Positions 41,374 through 54,325 of a stretch of DNA of 64,000 nucleotides are shown here, one piece after another. The notes below the pieces were generated by a model. The model worked only from the letters and a program-made list of their open reading frames with translations. It made no database searches and was not told where the DNA came from. The position numbers and the translations under genes are program-made. The stretch's first letter is position 1. Every line of letters starts with the position of its first letter. Where the stretch lies: NCBI RefSeq assembly GCF_009914755.1, contig NC_060946.1; one strand, 5' to 3'. Source of the DNA: the human T2T-CHM13v2.0 reference genome, Homo sapiens.

Positions 41374-44300
41374 TTTTTTAACTTTTAGGTTCAGGGTACA
41401 AGTACAGATTTGCTACATAGGTAAACTTGTGTCATGGGGTTTTGTTGTACAGATTATTTCATCACTCAGGTATTAATCCTAGTACCCATTAGTAATTTTT
41501 ACTGGTCCTCTCCCTTCTCCCACACTCCACCCTCTGATAAGCCCCAGCGTGTGTTGTTTCCCTTTATGTGTTCATGTGTTCTCATCATTTAACTCCCACT
41601 TATGAGTACATGCAGTATTTGGTTTTCTGTTCCTGCGTTAGTTTGCTAAGGATAATGGCCCCCATATCTATCCATGTTCCTGCAAAGGACATGATATCAT
41701 TCTTTTTTGTGGCTGCATAATATTCCATGATGTATATGTGTATGTACCACATTTTCTTTATCCATTCTACCACTGATGGGCATTTAGGTTGATTCCATGA
41801 CTTTGCTATTGTGAACAGTGCTGCAATAAACATAATGTGCATATATCTTTATAATAGAACAATTTATATTCTTTTGGGTGTATACCTAGTAATGGGATTG
41901 CTCGGTCTAATGGTATTTTTGTTCTTAGGTCTTTGAGGAATTGCCATACTATCTTCCACTATGGGAGAACTAATTTACACTCCCACCAACAGTGTAAGCA
42001 TTCCTCTTTCTCTGCAACCTCATCAGCATCTGTTGTTTTTTTACTTCTTTGGATTTTGACTGGTATGAGATGGTATTTCATTATGGTATTGATTTGCATT
42101 TCTCTAATGATCAGTGACGTTGAGCTTTTTTTCATATGATTGTTGGCTGCATGTATGTATACCTTTGAAAAATGTCTGTTAATGTCCTTTGCCCACTATT
42201 TAATGGCATTGTTTGTTGTTTGTTTCTTATAGATGCTGGAGATTAGACCTTTGTCAGATGGATAGTTTCCAAAAATTTTCTCGCATTCTGTAGGTTGTCT
42301 ATTTACCCTATTGATAGTTTCCTTTGCTTTGCAGAGGCTCTTTAGTTTAATTAAATCCCATTTGTCAATTTTTGCTTTTGTTGCCATTGCTTTTGATGAC
42401 TTTGTCATGAAATATTTGCCCATTCTTATGTCCAGAATGATATTGTCTAGGTTGTCTTCTAGGGTTTTTATAGTTTTGCATTCTACATTTAAGTCTGTAA
42501 TCCATCTTGAATTGATTTTTATATATGGTTGTAAGGATGGAGTCCAGTTTCAAACTTCTGCAAATAGCCAGTTATCCCAGTACCATTTATTGAATAGAGA
42601 ATCCTTCCCCTATTGCTTGTTTTTGTCAGGTTTGTTGAATATCCGACAGTTGTAGGTGTACAGCCTTAATTGTTCCATTGGTCTATAGGTCTGTTTTTGT
42701 ACCGGTAACATGGTGTTTTGGTTATGGTAGTCCTGTAATAGAGTTTGGAGTTGGGTAGTGTGATGCCTCCAGCATTTTTTTTTTTTTTTTTTTTTTTTTT
42801 TGCTTAGGATTGCCTTGGTTATTTGGGCTCTGTTTGGTTTCATATGAATTTTAAAATAGTTATTTTTTAAATAACTATTCTGTGAAGAATATCAATTGTA
42901 TTCTGTGAAGAATATCAATGGCAGTTTAATAGGAATGGTATTGAATCTCTAAATTGTTTTGGGCAGTATGGGCATTTTTACAATATTGATTCTTCTTATT
43001 CATGAGCATGAACTGTTTTCCATTTGTTTGTGTCACCTCTGATTTGTTTGAGCAGTGTTTTGTAGTTCTCCTTGTAGAGATCTTTCACCTCCCTGGTTAG
43101 CTGTATTCCTAGGTATTTTATTGTATTTTATTTTTGTGGCAATTGTGAATGGGATTGCATGTCTTATTTGGCTCTTGGTGTGACTGTTGTTGGTGTATAG
43201 GGATGTTAGTGATTGTTGCACACCGATTTTATATCCTGAGACTTTGCTGAATTTGTTTATCAGCTTGAGTTTTGAGGCTGAGATATAAGATCATGTCATC
43301 TGCAAACAGGTAGAGTTTGACTTCCTTTCTACCTATTTGGATGTACTTATTTCTTCTTGTCTGATTGCCCTGGCCAAAACTTCCAATACTATGTTGAATA
43401 AGAGTGGCAAGAGAGGGCATCCTTGTCTTGTGCCAGTTTTCAAGGGGAATGCTTCCATTTTTTTCCCATTTAGTATGATATTGGCTGTGGGTTTGTCACA
43501 GATGACTTTTATTATTCTGAGGTATGATCCTTCAGTATCTAGTTTCTTGAAAGCCTCTAACATGAAGGGGTGCTGAATTTTATCAAATGCTTTTCCTGTG
43601 TCTATTGATATAATCCTGTGGTTTTTGCCTTTAGTTATGTTTATGTGATGAATCACATTTATTGATTTGCATATGTTGAACCAACCTTGCATCCCAGGAA
43701 TACAGCCTACTTGATCGTGGTGGATAAACTTTTTGATATGCTGCTGGATTTGGTTTGCTACTATCTTGTTAAGGATTTTTGCCTCAATGTTCATCAAAGA
43801 TACTGGCCCAGAGTTGTTTTTTTTTGTTGTGTCTCTGCCAGCTTTTGGTATCAGGATGATGCTAGCCTCAAAGAATGAGTTAGGGAGAGGTCTCTCCTCC
43901 TCAATTTTTTGGAGTAGTTTCAAGAGGAATGGTACCAGCTCTTTGTACATCTGGTAGAATTCAGCTGTGAATCCATCTGGTCCTGGTATGTTGTTGGTTA
44001 GTGGGCTATTTCTTACTGACTCAATTTCAGTGCTCATTATTGATCTGTTAAGGGATTCAGTTTCTTCCTGATTCACTCTCGGGAGGGTGTATGTTTCCAT
44101 GAATATATCTATTTCTTCTAGATTTTCTAGTTTATGAGCATAGAGGTGTGGTGTTCATAATATTATCTGATGGTCATTTATATTTCTGTGGGGTCAGTAG
44201 TAGTATCCCCCTTGTCATTTCTGATCATGTTTATTTGAATCTTCTCTTTTTCCTTGTTTGTTAATCTAACTATTGGCCTGTTTTATTAATTGTTTCAAAA

Positions 44301-45874
44301 AGCTAGCTCCAGGATTTATTGATCTTTTGAATGGTTTTTCATGTCTCAGTCTCCTTCAGTTCAGCTCTGATTTTGGTTATTTCTTGTCTTCTGCCAGCTT
44401 TGGGATTTGTTTGCTCCTGGTTCTCTTGTTTCAGTTCTGATGTCAGGTTGTTAACTTGAGATCTTTCTAAATTTTTGATGTGGGCATTTGGTGCTATAAA
44501 TTTCCCTGTTAACACTGCCTTAGCTTTGTCTTAGAGACTCTGGTATGTTGTATCTTTGTTCTCATTATTTTCAAAGAACTTCTTGATTCCTGCCTTAATT
44601 TCATTATTTACCCCAAAGTCATTCAGGAGCAAATTACTCAATTTCTGTGTAATTATATGGTTTTGAGTGAATTTCTTAGTCTTGATTTCTAATTTGATTG
44701 CATTTGGTCTGAGAGATTGTTATGATTTCAGTTTCCTTGCACTTGCTGAGGAGTGTTTTACTTCCAATTATGTGATCAATTTTAGAGTGTGTGCCATGTG
44801 GCAATGAGCAGAAAGTATATTCTATTGTTGTGGGGTGGAGATTTCTATAATTAGCCATGAGGTTCATTTGATCCAGTGCTGAATTCAGGTCCCGAATATC
44901 TTTGTTAATCATCTGTCTCAATTATCTGTCTAATATTGTCAGTGAGGTTCTAAAGTCTCCCGCTATTATTGTGTGGGACTCTAACTTTCCTTGAAGGTCT
45001 CTGAGAACTTGCTTTATGAATCTGGGTGCTTCTGTGATGGGTACATATATATTTAGAATAGTTAGATCTTCTTGTTGAATTGAAACTTTTACTGTTATAT
45101 ATGCCCTTCCTTGTCTTTTTTGATCTTTGTTGGTTTAAAGTCTTTTGTCCGAAACTAGGATTACAACCCTTGCTTTTTTGTTTTGCATTTACTTGGTATA
45201 TTTTTTCCATTCCTTTATTTTGAGCCTATGTGTGTCATTGCATGTGAGATGGGTCTCTTGAAGGCAGCATACCAATGGGCCTTGGTTCTTTATGCTGCTT
45301 GCCATTCTGTGTCTTTTGGGGAATTTAGGACATTTACATTAAAGGTTAGTATTGATATATGTGGATTTGGTCCTGTCCTCATGATGTTAGCTGGTTATTT
45401 TCCAGACTTGTTGATGTGGTTACTTTGTAGTGTCACTGGTCTGTGTACTTCACTGTGTTTTTGTAGTGACTGGTAATGGTCTTTGCTTTTCATATTGATG
45501 CTTCCTTAAGGAGCTCTCTTGTAAGGCAGGTAGGTGGAACAAATTCCTCACATGTACTTATATGAAAAGAGTCTTATTTCTGCTTTGCTTATGAAGTTGA
45601 ATTTGGCTGGATATGAAATTCTGGATTAGAATTTATTTTCTTTAGGCATGTTGAATATTGCCCCCCAATCTCTTTTGGCTTGCAGGGCTTCTGCTGAGAG
45701 TCTGCTGTTAGTCTGATGGGCTTCCCTTTCTAGGTGACTTGACCTTTCTCTTTAGCTGCCTTTAACATTTTTTTCTTTCATTTTGACTTTGGAGAATTGG
45801 ATGATTATGTGTTTTGGGGATGATCTCATGAGGTATCTTAATAGAGTTCTCTGCATTTCCTGGATTTGAATGTT
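41374..45874 (-). mobile_element. L1PA (about PA13-15): 3' part of ORF1, ORF2 and 3'UTR; degenerate
   Basis: ORF 43333-44100 is L1 RT ([34 protein letters not shown]); ORF 44676-44921 is EN; ORF 41600-41842 is the C-terminus. Confidence 0.97.
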
Positions 45875-46148
45875 TTATAATGCAATTACAAGTATCAAAG
45901 CAGAATAGACCAAGCAGAGGAAAGAATCTCAGAGCTTGAAGACTGGCTTCCTGAAATAAGACAGTCAGACAAGAATAGAGGAAAAAGAATGAAAAGGAAT
46001 GACAAGATCTCCAAGAAAGATGGAATTACATAAAGAGATCAAACCTAAAACTCATTGGTGTCCCTGAAAGAGATGGGGAGAATGGAACCAACTTGGAAAA
46101 CATATTTCAGTATATCAATCAGGAGAATTTCTCCAGCCTAGCTAGAGA
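45875..46148 (+). mobile_element. Inverted 5' (ORF1) segment of the same L1PA
   Basis: AGAATAGACCAAGCAGAGGAAAGAATCTCAGAGCTTGAAGAC..GGAGAATTTCTCCAGCCTAGCTAGAGA. Confidence 0.93.
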
Positions 46149-47819
46149 AATGTATTTATGAGTGTTTAATTTGTATGTGTCCCAGATGCCAGACAGGGTC
46201 TTCCCACCTCTTGTTGTCTAAAAAAGATGTTTTGGCCTTCATCCTAGTCACCAGAAGTTCAAGGTTTTATCCTGTATTTTTGATGATTCCCAGGGGCTTA
46301 CATTTCTCATGGCTGCCTCCAGCATTAGTTTCTGGATTCCTCACTTTATGAGATATCTCACCCCCTAGTACATGGTGTTTCAGTTTCTACATGGCCAACC
46401 TAGATCGGAAACTCAGCCTCCCATACACATATTCACTCACACACAATAGGCTCATATTAAAACTGTATTTGTGTTGGTTGACTTTAACAAAGACTTGTGT
46501 AAGAATGGAAAGCTCGATCAAGGCTGCTTTCTCAGGCACATCACTTCAAATTGCATATCTGCCAGCTCTGCTCATAAAAGTAGTTTAGCCTCCAAATCAG
46601 CAGGGATTCCTTTCACCTGCCACTCAGTTGACATAGCATGTCAGCTTCAGGCAATACCGCTGGTTCTTCCCTCCCTCCTCTTTTCTCTGTTCCTTCATTC
46701 TCTTAACCAAATTTCCCTTCCTAGGGAAAAAAAGTGTCCCTCCCTTTATGTCCTTCTGTTTTATCTCAAGCAGAATGACTTGTTTTTTCTTTGTTGCTGG
46801 AGCTCTTGCTAACACTCATGATTTCAGAGTCCCACTTTCTGCCCCAAGAAACTAAGGCATTTTCCTGGAAAAAAAAAAAAAAAGTTTCCTTCTTAAGAAA
46901 ATTTATGCTACCAGATAGTAAGGTAATGCATTTTCACTCCCACTCTACTTCCAAAGACTTTTGCCTTCTAGCAAGCATGTAAAAGATTCAGATTCAGTTC
47001 ATTGGTACCGACACAGACCAGAGACCAAATGGTTCAAGGCTCTTTGTTGCTTTCCCTGAGCTGGGATGTGATCTCCATGCTCCTTCCCTTGCTATAAACC
47101 CTGAAGTCTTGTGTTGAGATGGCAACAGCATAACATGGCAGAACCTCCATTAATCTGGTTCCTGAGATTCTGGGAAGCAGAGCCTTCATGCAGATCAGCA
47201 TACAGGGCAGAAGCAGAAGTCAGACTTCTTCAGAAATTCAAAGGGGTGATGACTTTGTTTTTGCTTTCTCCCTCACTACTTATCTGGCCTAACCTGTCTG
47301 GAGCATATCACTTGGCAGCCACACTTTGCTTCTTTTCTGTGTTTTCATACGCTGCTAAATGGCAAGCACCTTTATCACAGATGATTTTAATGGAATGTTA
47401 AGAGATTGCAAGAATAAACATTTTCTGGCATTTTTGCATGTTTGACAATTGCATTTCCTATTTCTACTATTCTTCACCTTTCCGGAAAAGCATCATTTGC
47501 TCATCCAAAAAGTATGCACTTATTCATTAGAAGCCTGAGATTGTGCTAGGCCCTGGGGATGTAAAAAAAGATAGATATAATGGATATTCTCAGAGGGGTC
47601 TTCAGCATTTGCTGAAGATTTTTAATTCATTGATTGATTCACTCATTATTCAAACTATATTCCGTCTTCGATGTACCATGATAAGCACTTATAATTCAGC
47701 AGCAAACAAGACAGACACACTTCCTGAACCTCTTGGATGTTGAAGTCTAGGGGCAAATGCAGATAGTGAACATATAACTCTAAGTGCTAAGAGTTTAAAA
47801 AAGGAGAATCCTAATATTA

Positions 47820-48042
47820 ATCATTGATAATGATGGAATTTTTATTATATGTCAAGACTGTTCTGTGTGAGTTATAACATATTTAATGATCACAAGATTA
47901 TCTTCCTATTTAATGTTAAAAAAGGACACCAAAGCACAGAGGGACCAAGTAACTTGCTCAAAGTCCATAGCTAGTAGGTGGTAGCTGTGGGTACAAATCC
48001 AAATATAGGGATTCCAGTGCTCATCCTCTTAACCACTTCACT
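47820..48042 (-). mobile_element. MIR
   Basis: GCACAGAG..AAGTAACTTGCTCAAAGTC..AGCTAGTAGGTGG..CTCTTAACCACT. Confidence 0.75.
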
Positions 48043-49021
48043 ATTTGCACAAAATCTGAAGGGTGATATTCTGATTGAGACCATTAATGTGGGTTAGAGT
48101 CCCTAGGTGAAGAGTCCAGGGGAGCATATTTTGGGTATGAGAGAGTAGCATGTTTGAGAGCTTCTGATACCAGAGAGCTTCTGAGGGAAGTCTGGAAGTC
48201 CTGGAGTGAGAGAGCACATCTTCTGCTGGCTGCCTCACACTACTCAGCTACCTCCACACCCCTAACGCCAGCTCTTTGGTGAGGACTTCACGGTGTGCTG
48301 AGTAGGAAGGCTTAACACTCCTTCCAGCCATCATCTTGGGAGTAGAAGTAAAATCTACTTATGGAAGAGGGTTATGTGTCTCCACACACCTGAGACAGTA
48401 AGGTGAGGCTCTCCCAGCCCCAGGTCATCTCTTCCAGAGACAGCCAGATTTTCTGGAGGCAACAGGGGAGTTTGTTAAAGATAGTGTAATTACTGAGGTG
48501 ACAGATCAAGCATTCTCTTTGAAAGAGGCATCCCAGAGAGGCTCCTAAGCTTGTGACTTGAAGCATAGAGAACCTCTTGTTTTTTCCACTTCAGTGGATA
48601 TTGGATAGTTTTGTAAGCCTGTGGAAAAGAGCTTGATGGTTTAGGAAGAGCAGGGGGAGAGGCAAAAGAAGTATCTGTTGTGTTTCTTTTTGAATTGAAG
48701 GAAAATTTGTATTAAGCCAAAGAAGAAATGAACAGAACAGAGCAAGAGCCTGCCGACATTCTCCCCATTTCCCCCTTTCTCCTACCCTAGCCCTAATTTC
48801 TCAGTCTTCTTCATCAGCCAAATAACACTTTGGAAACTGAAGGGTGCCTGAATTTCTTGCTTCTCAGACCCTGGGATCCTGCAGATCATCAGGGCTGTGC
48901 AATTGTATGGCATTTGTGGACATGATACAATCATGTTCACATTGCAATATTTAGACTCCATTTATTTATCACCACATGCAAATATTCATGTATCTATTTT
49001 TGCATTCATTCTTTGGAAATG

Positions 49022-49215
49022 TTTTGAAGTCAGATCTTCAATCAAATATAAGCTGGGTACCACTTTAAACGGTGTGTCTTTAGGCAAGCCACTCATCCTT
49101 TCTGAACCTCAATTTGGAAGATAGAAATAAATATGACCACTCAGGGTTTGGGGGAGAATTAAATGACATAATTTATGTATTGTGTAGTACTCAATACATG
49201 ATAGGCATCATTAAT
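49022..49215 (+). mobile_element. MIR
   Basis: GTGTCTTTAGGCAAGCCACTCATCCTTTCTGAACCTCA..GAGAATTAAATGA. Confidence 0.75.
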
Positions 49216-50009
49216 ATATTTATAACTATGACTAAATGCTGGGTTTTATTTTAGTCATTAACTGAGAAAATAACTATTAAGTGACTACTTTTGGCCAGCT
49301 CTGTGCTATGGTAGGCCCCTTAAAGATGAGAAAAGATGGTTACGACTCTTCAGAAGCCCCATCTAATAAGATAGATAGGCCTGTGTGTGGCAAAAGCATC
49401 CAAGATTATCACAAGAATTGAGTCAAACCTGCTGAATGAGATATGGCTGGGGAGGGGGGAAGGAAGCAGAAAGCTAAGCGGGGAAGACAGCAATTGGGGT
49501 GAGTTTTCTGGAGAGGCACTTTCCCCCTGAGGACAAGCACTGAATTTGTTCTGTGGAAAGGAAAAACACTCAGAGCATGGTCCAAGTGGCTGATAAAGGA
49601 GAACTGGCTCGGTAAAGGAGTTTAACCCTCTTGGAGGGCTTTCTTTCACTGTATGGTAAGAAAAACGGCAGGCAAGGAGGAAAAGAACATCTACAGATCC
49701 AATATGAAAGCATACATTGAAGAATCATGCCGGGGGATTAATTTGGCTTCTTGCACAGAGATTTTGTGACCCAGAGACAAAGCCTTAGGTATGATGGAGG
49801 CAGAACAGTAGCATCTTGAACAGCACTGATTCTAGGCTGGGGGGCAAAGGTATAGGACTTCTTCAGGCTATGGCAGTGATGCTAAGATAGTTTGGGTGCA
49901 GGGGGTTTTAGCCTTAGTGTGTGGGATCCAGGATAACCTGGGCATAGAGGAGAGTAGTCTTTCTTAAGAAACCAGAAATTATTTCTCTATTCCTTGAGCC
50001 GTGTATACA

Positions 50010-50560
50010 TTCATCCATCCACACACTCATCCATTCAGCAGATAGAATAATGTTTAAAGGTCAGAGAGAGGCACAGAGATGGGGTCAGTTTTCCACTTGT
50101 TGTACATTAACTGGTGGGGGCCCAGCTATGGAAAAATACATTTACTATTGTCTTTTGCTCTGAATACCTTTGGGATAATAATCCTATACAGAAGTAACCA
50201 CACTCCACAGTGCAATAGTTGCTGTAATTGAGATATACACAAAGAGGACTGAATGACTCATTTCACCCTTAGAAGAACAGAAATGTGGAATTAATTCAGA
50301 GACAAGAAGATATTTAAGCTGAGGCTTGCCGGAAAAATTTAAACTTGCTTGATATTGCAGGCAATGGAAACATCAAGCATGAAGACATGAGGATATAAAA
50401 GAGTAAGGCACATTTGGAGAACTGTAAACATTTTGGTAATGATGGAGTTTACAGTGCTTTGGAGGAAGTAGAGAGAAAAAAGAATTGAGAACTAAGTTAA
50501 ATGTTGGAGGCCTTATATTCTGGTCTAACAAACATAGATTTAATCATGAAAGTGATGGAA
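50010..50560 (-). mobile_element. L2 fragments
   Basis: CATTCATCCATCC..CATTCAGCAG; GCAAAGGCAT-like GAAGACATGAGG..CATTTGGAGAACTG..GATTTAATC. Confidence 0.5.
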
Positions 50561-50992
50561 CTGAGGGTGCAAAGAAAAAATAGAAGTCCCTGGTTCTGAA
50601 AGGTCTTTAGTTGAGTAGGAAAGAGAGACATAGATGTTGTTATGCAGGAGAATAATGTGACCAGGACGATTGCAGGGCCAGCCCCCTTAGGCAGCCTCTG
50701 CTCTTAAGTTGTGCCCTTGTTAGGCTGATTCTCAAAGCTTTTCTATAATTCTCAGCAAACTACAGAAACAATAAGTAGTAGAGATTTTATGGAAGGTGGT
50801 GTGGGTTGCACAGGGTGCAAGAACACTTTATCCCTTTATCCAACTTTCCCATTAGCTATTTATGAACCTTTCTCTGGCCTCTTCTTCCTTCTCTATCTAG
50901 CCTTTTCATATTCATTCCGTTGTTAGGTGCATTTCAACTCTTCCCCTTGGTATACATCTCTTCTGCAGCACAAAAAGAGTCAAGGAGTTTCT

Positions 50993-51365
50993 CAGTTGTT
51001 ATAAAATCATGCCTTCAAAGTCCAGGCAGTTAAACCAGCAGAGTGGAGTGGGGTGGGTTTAAAACAAAGGGGAATATTAGGGACTGGGACAAATTGCAGA
51101 GCACATGCCTCATCTCAGAGAACAAGAGCTACTCCACTGCGCTGGAGTGTTACTGTTTGGAAATGCTGGCCCAGTACTGCCAAATGTGCCATTTTCTTTT
51201 TTTTTTTTTCTTTTTCAAGGAAAGAAATTTAGACTTTTAGCTAGCCCTCCGGGTTGATTTCCATTGTTCATGTTGCCAATTAATTTATTCTTTAAAAAAT
51301 ACTGTGTGTGCCAAACACATCTGAGGGCTGCATCTGGCTATCAGCTCTCCTGTTTGTAAACTCTG
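50993..51365. mobile_element. MER102-like (hAT-Charlie)
   Basis: CAGTTGTTATAAA..ATGCCTTCAAAGTCCAGGCAG..GGGACTGGGACAAATTGCAGAGCACATGCC..GTTTGTAAACTCTG. Confidence 0.65.
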
Positions 51366-51607
51366 AGTTAGCTCAACCTCTCTCTTCATGAAGCCTGCCC
51401 TCAGGCTTTTAATTTATTCTGCTGTGCGTGCTCTGTAAGTATTGCACTGACCAAACTGCAGAGAGTGGATTGTGACAGGGAACTTTTCAAGTAGGAAGAT
51501 CCCCTATGAGGCTTGCCTGTGGTCCAGATGAGGGAGGACTTGTGCCAGGCTCTGGGCTGAGATGAGCCAATAAACCTGAGCAATTAGGAGAAGAGAACCC
51601 TGGGGTG

Positions 51608-51953
51608 GTATCTTAGTCCATTTTCTGTTGCTATAATACAGACTGTGTAATTTATAAAGAAAATAAATTTATTTCTTAGTGTCCTGGAGGCTGGGAAGTC
51701 CAAGGTCAAGGGGCCACATCTGGTAAAAGCCTTCTTGCTGTGTCATAACATGGCAGAGGGTAAGAATGTGTATATCAGCTCAGGTCTCTCTTCCTCTTCT
51801 AATAAAGTGGCCCCCATTATGGGGGTCACACCCTGATGACCTTATCTAATTCTGATTACCTCTTTAAGGCCCCATTCTCCAAATAGCAACATATGAATTT
51901 GTGGATTAAATTTTCAACACATGAAATTTGTGGGATACATTCAAATCATAGCA
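51608..51953 (-). mobile_element. MLT1A/MST-like MaLR LTR
   Basis: TCTTAGTCCATTTTCTGTTGCTATAA..GGAGGCTGGGAAGTCCAAGGTCAAGG..CATTCAAATCATAGCA. Confidence 0.85.
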
Positions 51954-52002
51954 GGTGGAGTCTCAGGCTGTAGTTCTTACCCTGAAGTGTTGCTAGATAT
52001 GG

Positions 52003-52553
52003 TGTTAAATAAAAACTTATTCTGACACTTTCATCCTCGAAACCTGACCCAACACTGCAAGGATAAAATGATAAGAAAGACTTTATTCAGGACTATTGCA
52101 AGAGATGTCAAGACAATTACAATAGGGGAAAGTGATCATGATCACCTCTGAGTACAGCAAAGACAGGGATTTATAGCCAACAAGCAAAGCGAGCAGGTCA
52201 ATGGATGCAAAGTTACTAAGAGAAGATATCAAGTGTATGAACCATCTTGCTGAACTCACCTAACAAAATTCTTGTTGAAGGCAGGCCAAGAACTTAGAAA
52301 ATCAAAGGCAGGCGATGAACTTGATCAAATATCAAAGTTGATCATATATCTGGAGTAAGGGGATAAGCACCAAGGGAGATCAGATATTAGGGTCAAGGGA
52401 TTATTATGAAACTGATTTAGTAGGATCAGTAGTAATAAAAAACTGGGCTATGCAGGCCTTGCCAGGACAGAATATGGGCCAATATTGAGGCCTAGTCAAG
52501 AAGTGGGCTAGGGGAGCCTGACTAAAGTTTGGTAAAGGAGAGAGTCCTTGTCA
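52003..52553 (-). mobile_element. MER31-like ERV1 solo LTR
   Basis: Minus strand begins TGACAAGGACTCTCTCCTTTACCAAACTTTAGTCAGGCTCC; AATAAA near 52083 (minus). Confidence 0.8.
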
Positions 52554-52578
52554 GTGGAAAGTGACCCTTCTTCCTAGG

Positions 52579-52918
52579 TGTCTTAGTTCAGGTTGCTATA
52601 ACAGAATATCATAAGCCAGGTAGCTTACATTTATTTTTCACAGTTCTGGAGGCTGGGAAGTCCAAGGTCAAGGTGCTGACAGATCCAGTGTCTGGTGAGG
52701 GCCAACTTCCTGGTTTACAGATGGCTGCCTTCTAATTGTGGCGGCAAACAGAGCCAGCTAGCTCTCTGTCCTTTTCTTCTATGGACACTAATCCCATCCA
52801 TGAGAACTCTGCTCTCATGACCTACCTACCTTCCAAAAGCACCACCTCTTATTATCACATTGGGGATTAGATTTCAACATAGGAATTTTGGGAGGGCATA
52901 AACATTCAGTCCATAACA
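52579..52918 (-). mobile_element. MLT1A0-like MaLR LTR
   Basis: TGTCTTAGTTCAGGTTGCTATAACAGAA..AACATTCAGTCCATAACA; perfect TSD CTAGG. Confidence 0.9.
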
Positions 52919-54089
52919 CTAGGTTTTAGTATTTTCATCTGTGGAACAAGGGAGTTTCCCTAGGATGGCTTTTTTTCTAGTTTATAACTAAAATTATAGT
53001 CACTGAACGCTCACTGGTCTTTCTGAGGCTCAGTCCCAGGTACCTTCTTTGGCCCAGGTCAGCATTTGAGCAGCATATAATCATCAATCCTCTGCAGTGG
53101 AGCCCCTTCGAAGCATGTGGGTTTGTAACACTCCCTGACCAGCCTTTTGATTGGAGTCCACTCTGGCTGCAGAGTGAAATATCATCTACTTACAGTCTCT
53201 TTTTCTTAGCTTCTCCCAAAGAAGTGTTTCCTTCTCTTCTCTCTTTGTATGTATGAAAAAGCAAATGAAAAAAAAAACAAAAACAAAGTGTCCAGATTTC
53301 ATAAACTTTCCCATATGTCTACTCCCCAAAGTTCTTCATGACTTTCATGAAATGGTAACTTCAGCCCTTTGCCTACCTTCCTGAGGAGGAGATTATCAAT
53401 TCTTTCACCTTTTAGCCTTGGCTCTAGAGAAGGCCACACTGACCCCTACCTTATTCTGCAGAGGTCCCCTTTCTAAAACTGAAGTCTAAAGAGAAAGTCT
53501 GGGGAAAAATTATGGTGCTTCATTTAAACTTAATCCTTTATGTCTATGAAAATTTTCAGACTGTGACATCCCATACCTCTGCACCTTTTTTTTCTTCCCT
53601 TCCTAGACTTTTCATATCCCTTCTGTGGTTAGGTGTGTTTTTATCTTCCCCTTGGCTTGTATATCCCACTCGGTACAAAAAAAAAAAAAAAAAATCCAAA
53701 TAGTTTTCCCAGTTGTTACCAGCTCATATGCCTTCAAAAGTCAGGCAGTTAAAAAGAAGTGATTGTAAATAATCAAGAAAGAGATAGGAGGCACCCAAAT
53801 GAGATCTTAAGAAGCTCTCAACATCCAGGTTGTATGTGACTGCAGGTTAGTACCCACCTAGTTTATAAGGTCTATGAAGAGAATAATAGTGTCTCTTCTA
53901 CCTGCCATTATATCCTCTCAATGCCTACCCCATTATCTGACCAATTGTAGGCACTCAACAAATAGCAACTGGAAATCACTCAAGGAACAGATGGATTAGG
54001 AATATAGATTTTTGTGAATTCTAGCTTCAAACATGGATCTGTCTCTCTGATTAGATTTTACATTCTTGTGGTCAAGAGCTCTGTCTTTA

Positions 54090-54325
54090 TAGTAATGATA
54101 ATCACAGCTTGTACAATGTGGCATTGATCATTGTAAATCACTGTCTCCTTTACTACTTACCACAACCTTAGGCATTATTGTAGTTATTTACGGATGGGAA
54201 AACTAAAGCCCCAAAGGGTGAAATACTGTCTCTAGTTCTTAGAGTTTATAATCTGTTGAGTCTGGGTTTGAACCTGGGTTTGTTAATCTACAGCACAGTG
54301 TTTTTTCCTTTATGCCATGTGCTGC
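54090..54325 (-). mobile_element. MIR
   Basis: TTTACGGATGGGAAAACTAAAGCCC..CTGGGTTTGAACCTGGG. Confidence 0.7.

Noticed and set aside
43333-44100. 255-aa reverse transcriptase ORF as a novel RT system
   Set aside because: Ordinary L1 ORF2 fragment, frameshifted before the FADD motif
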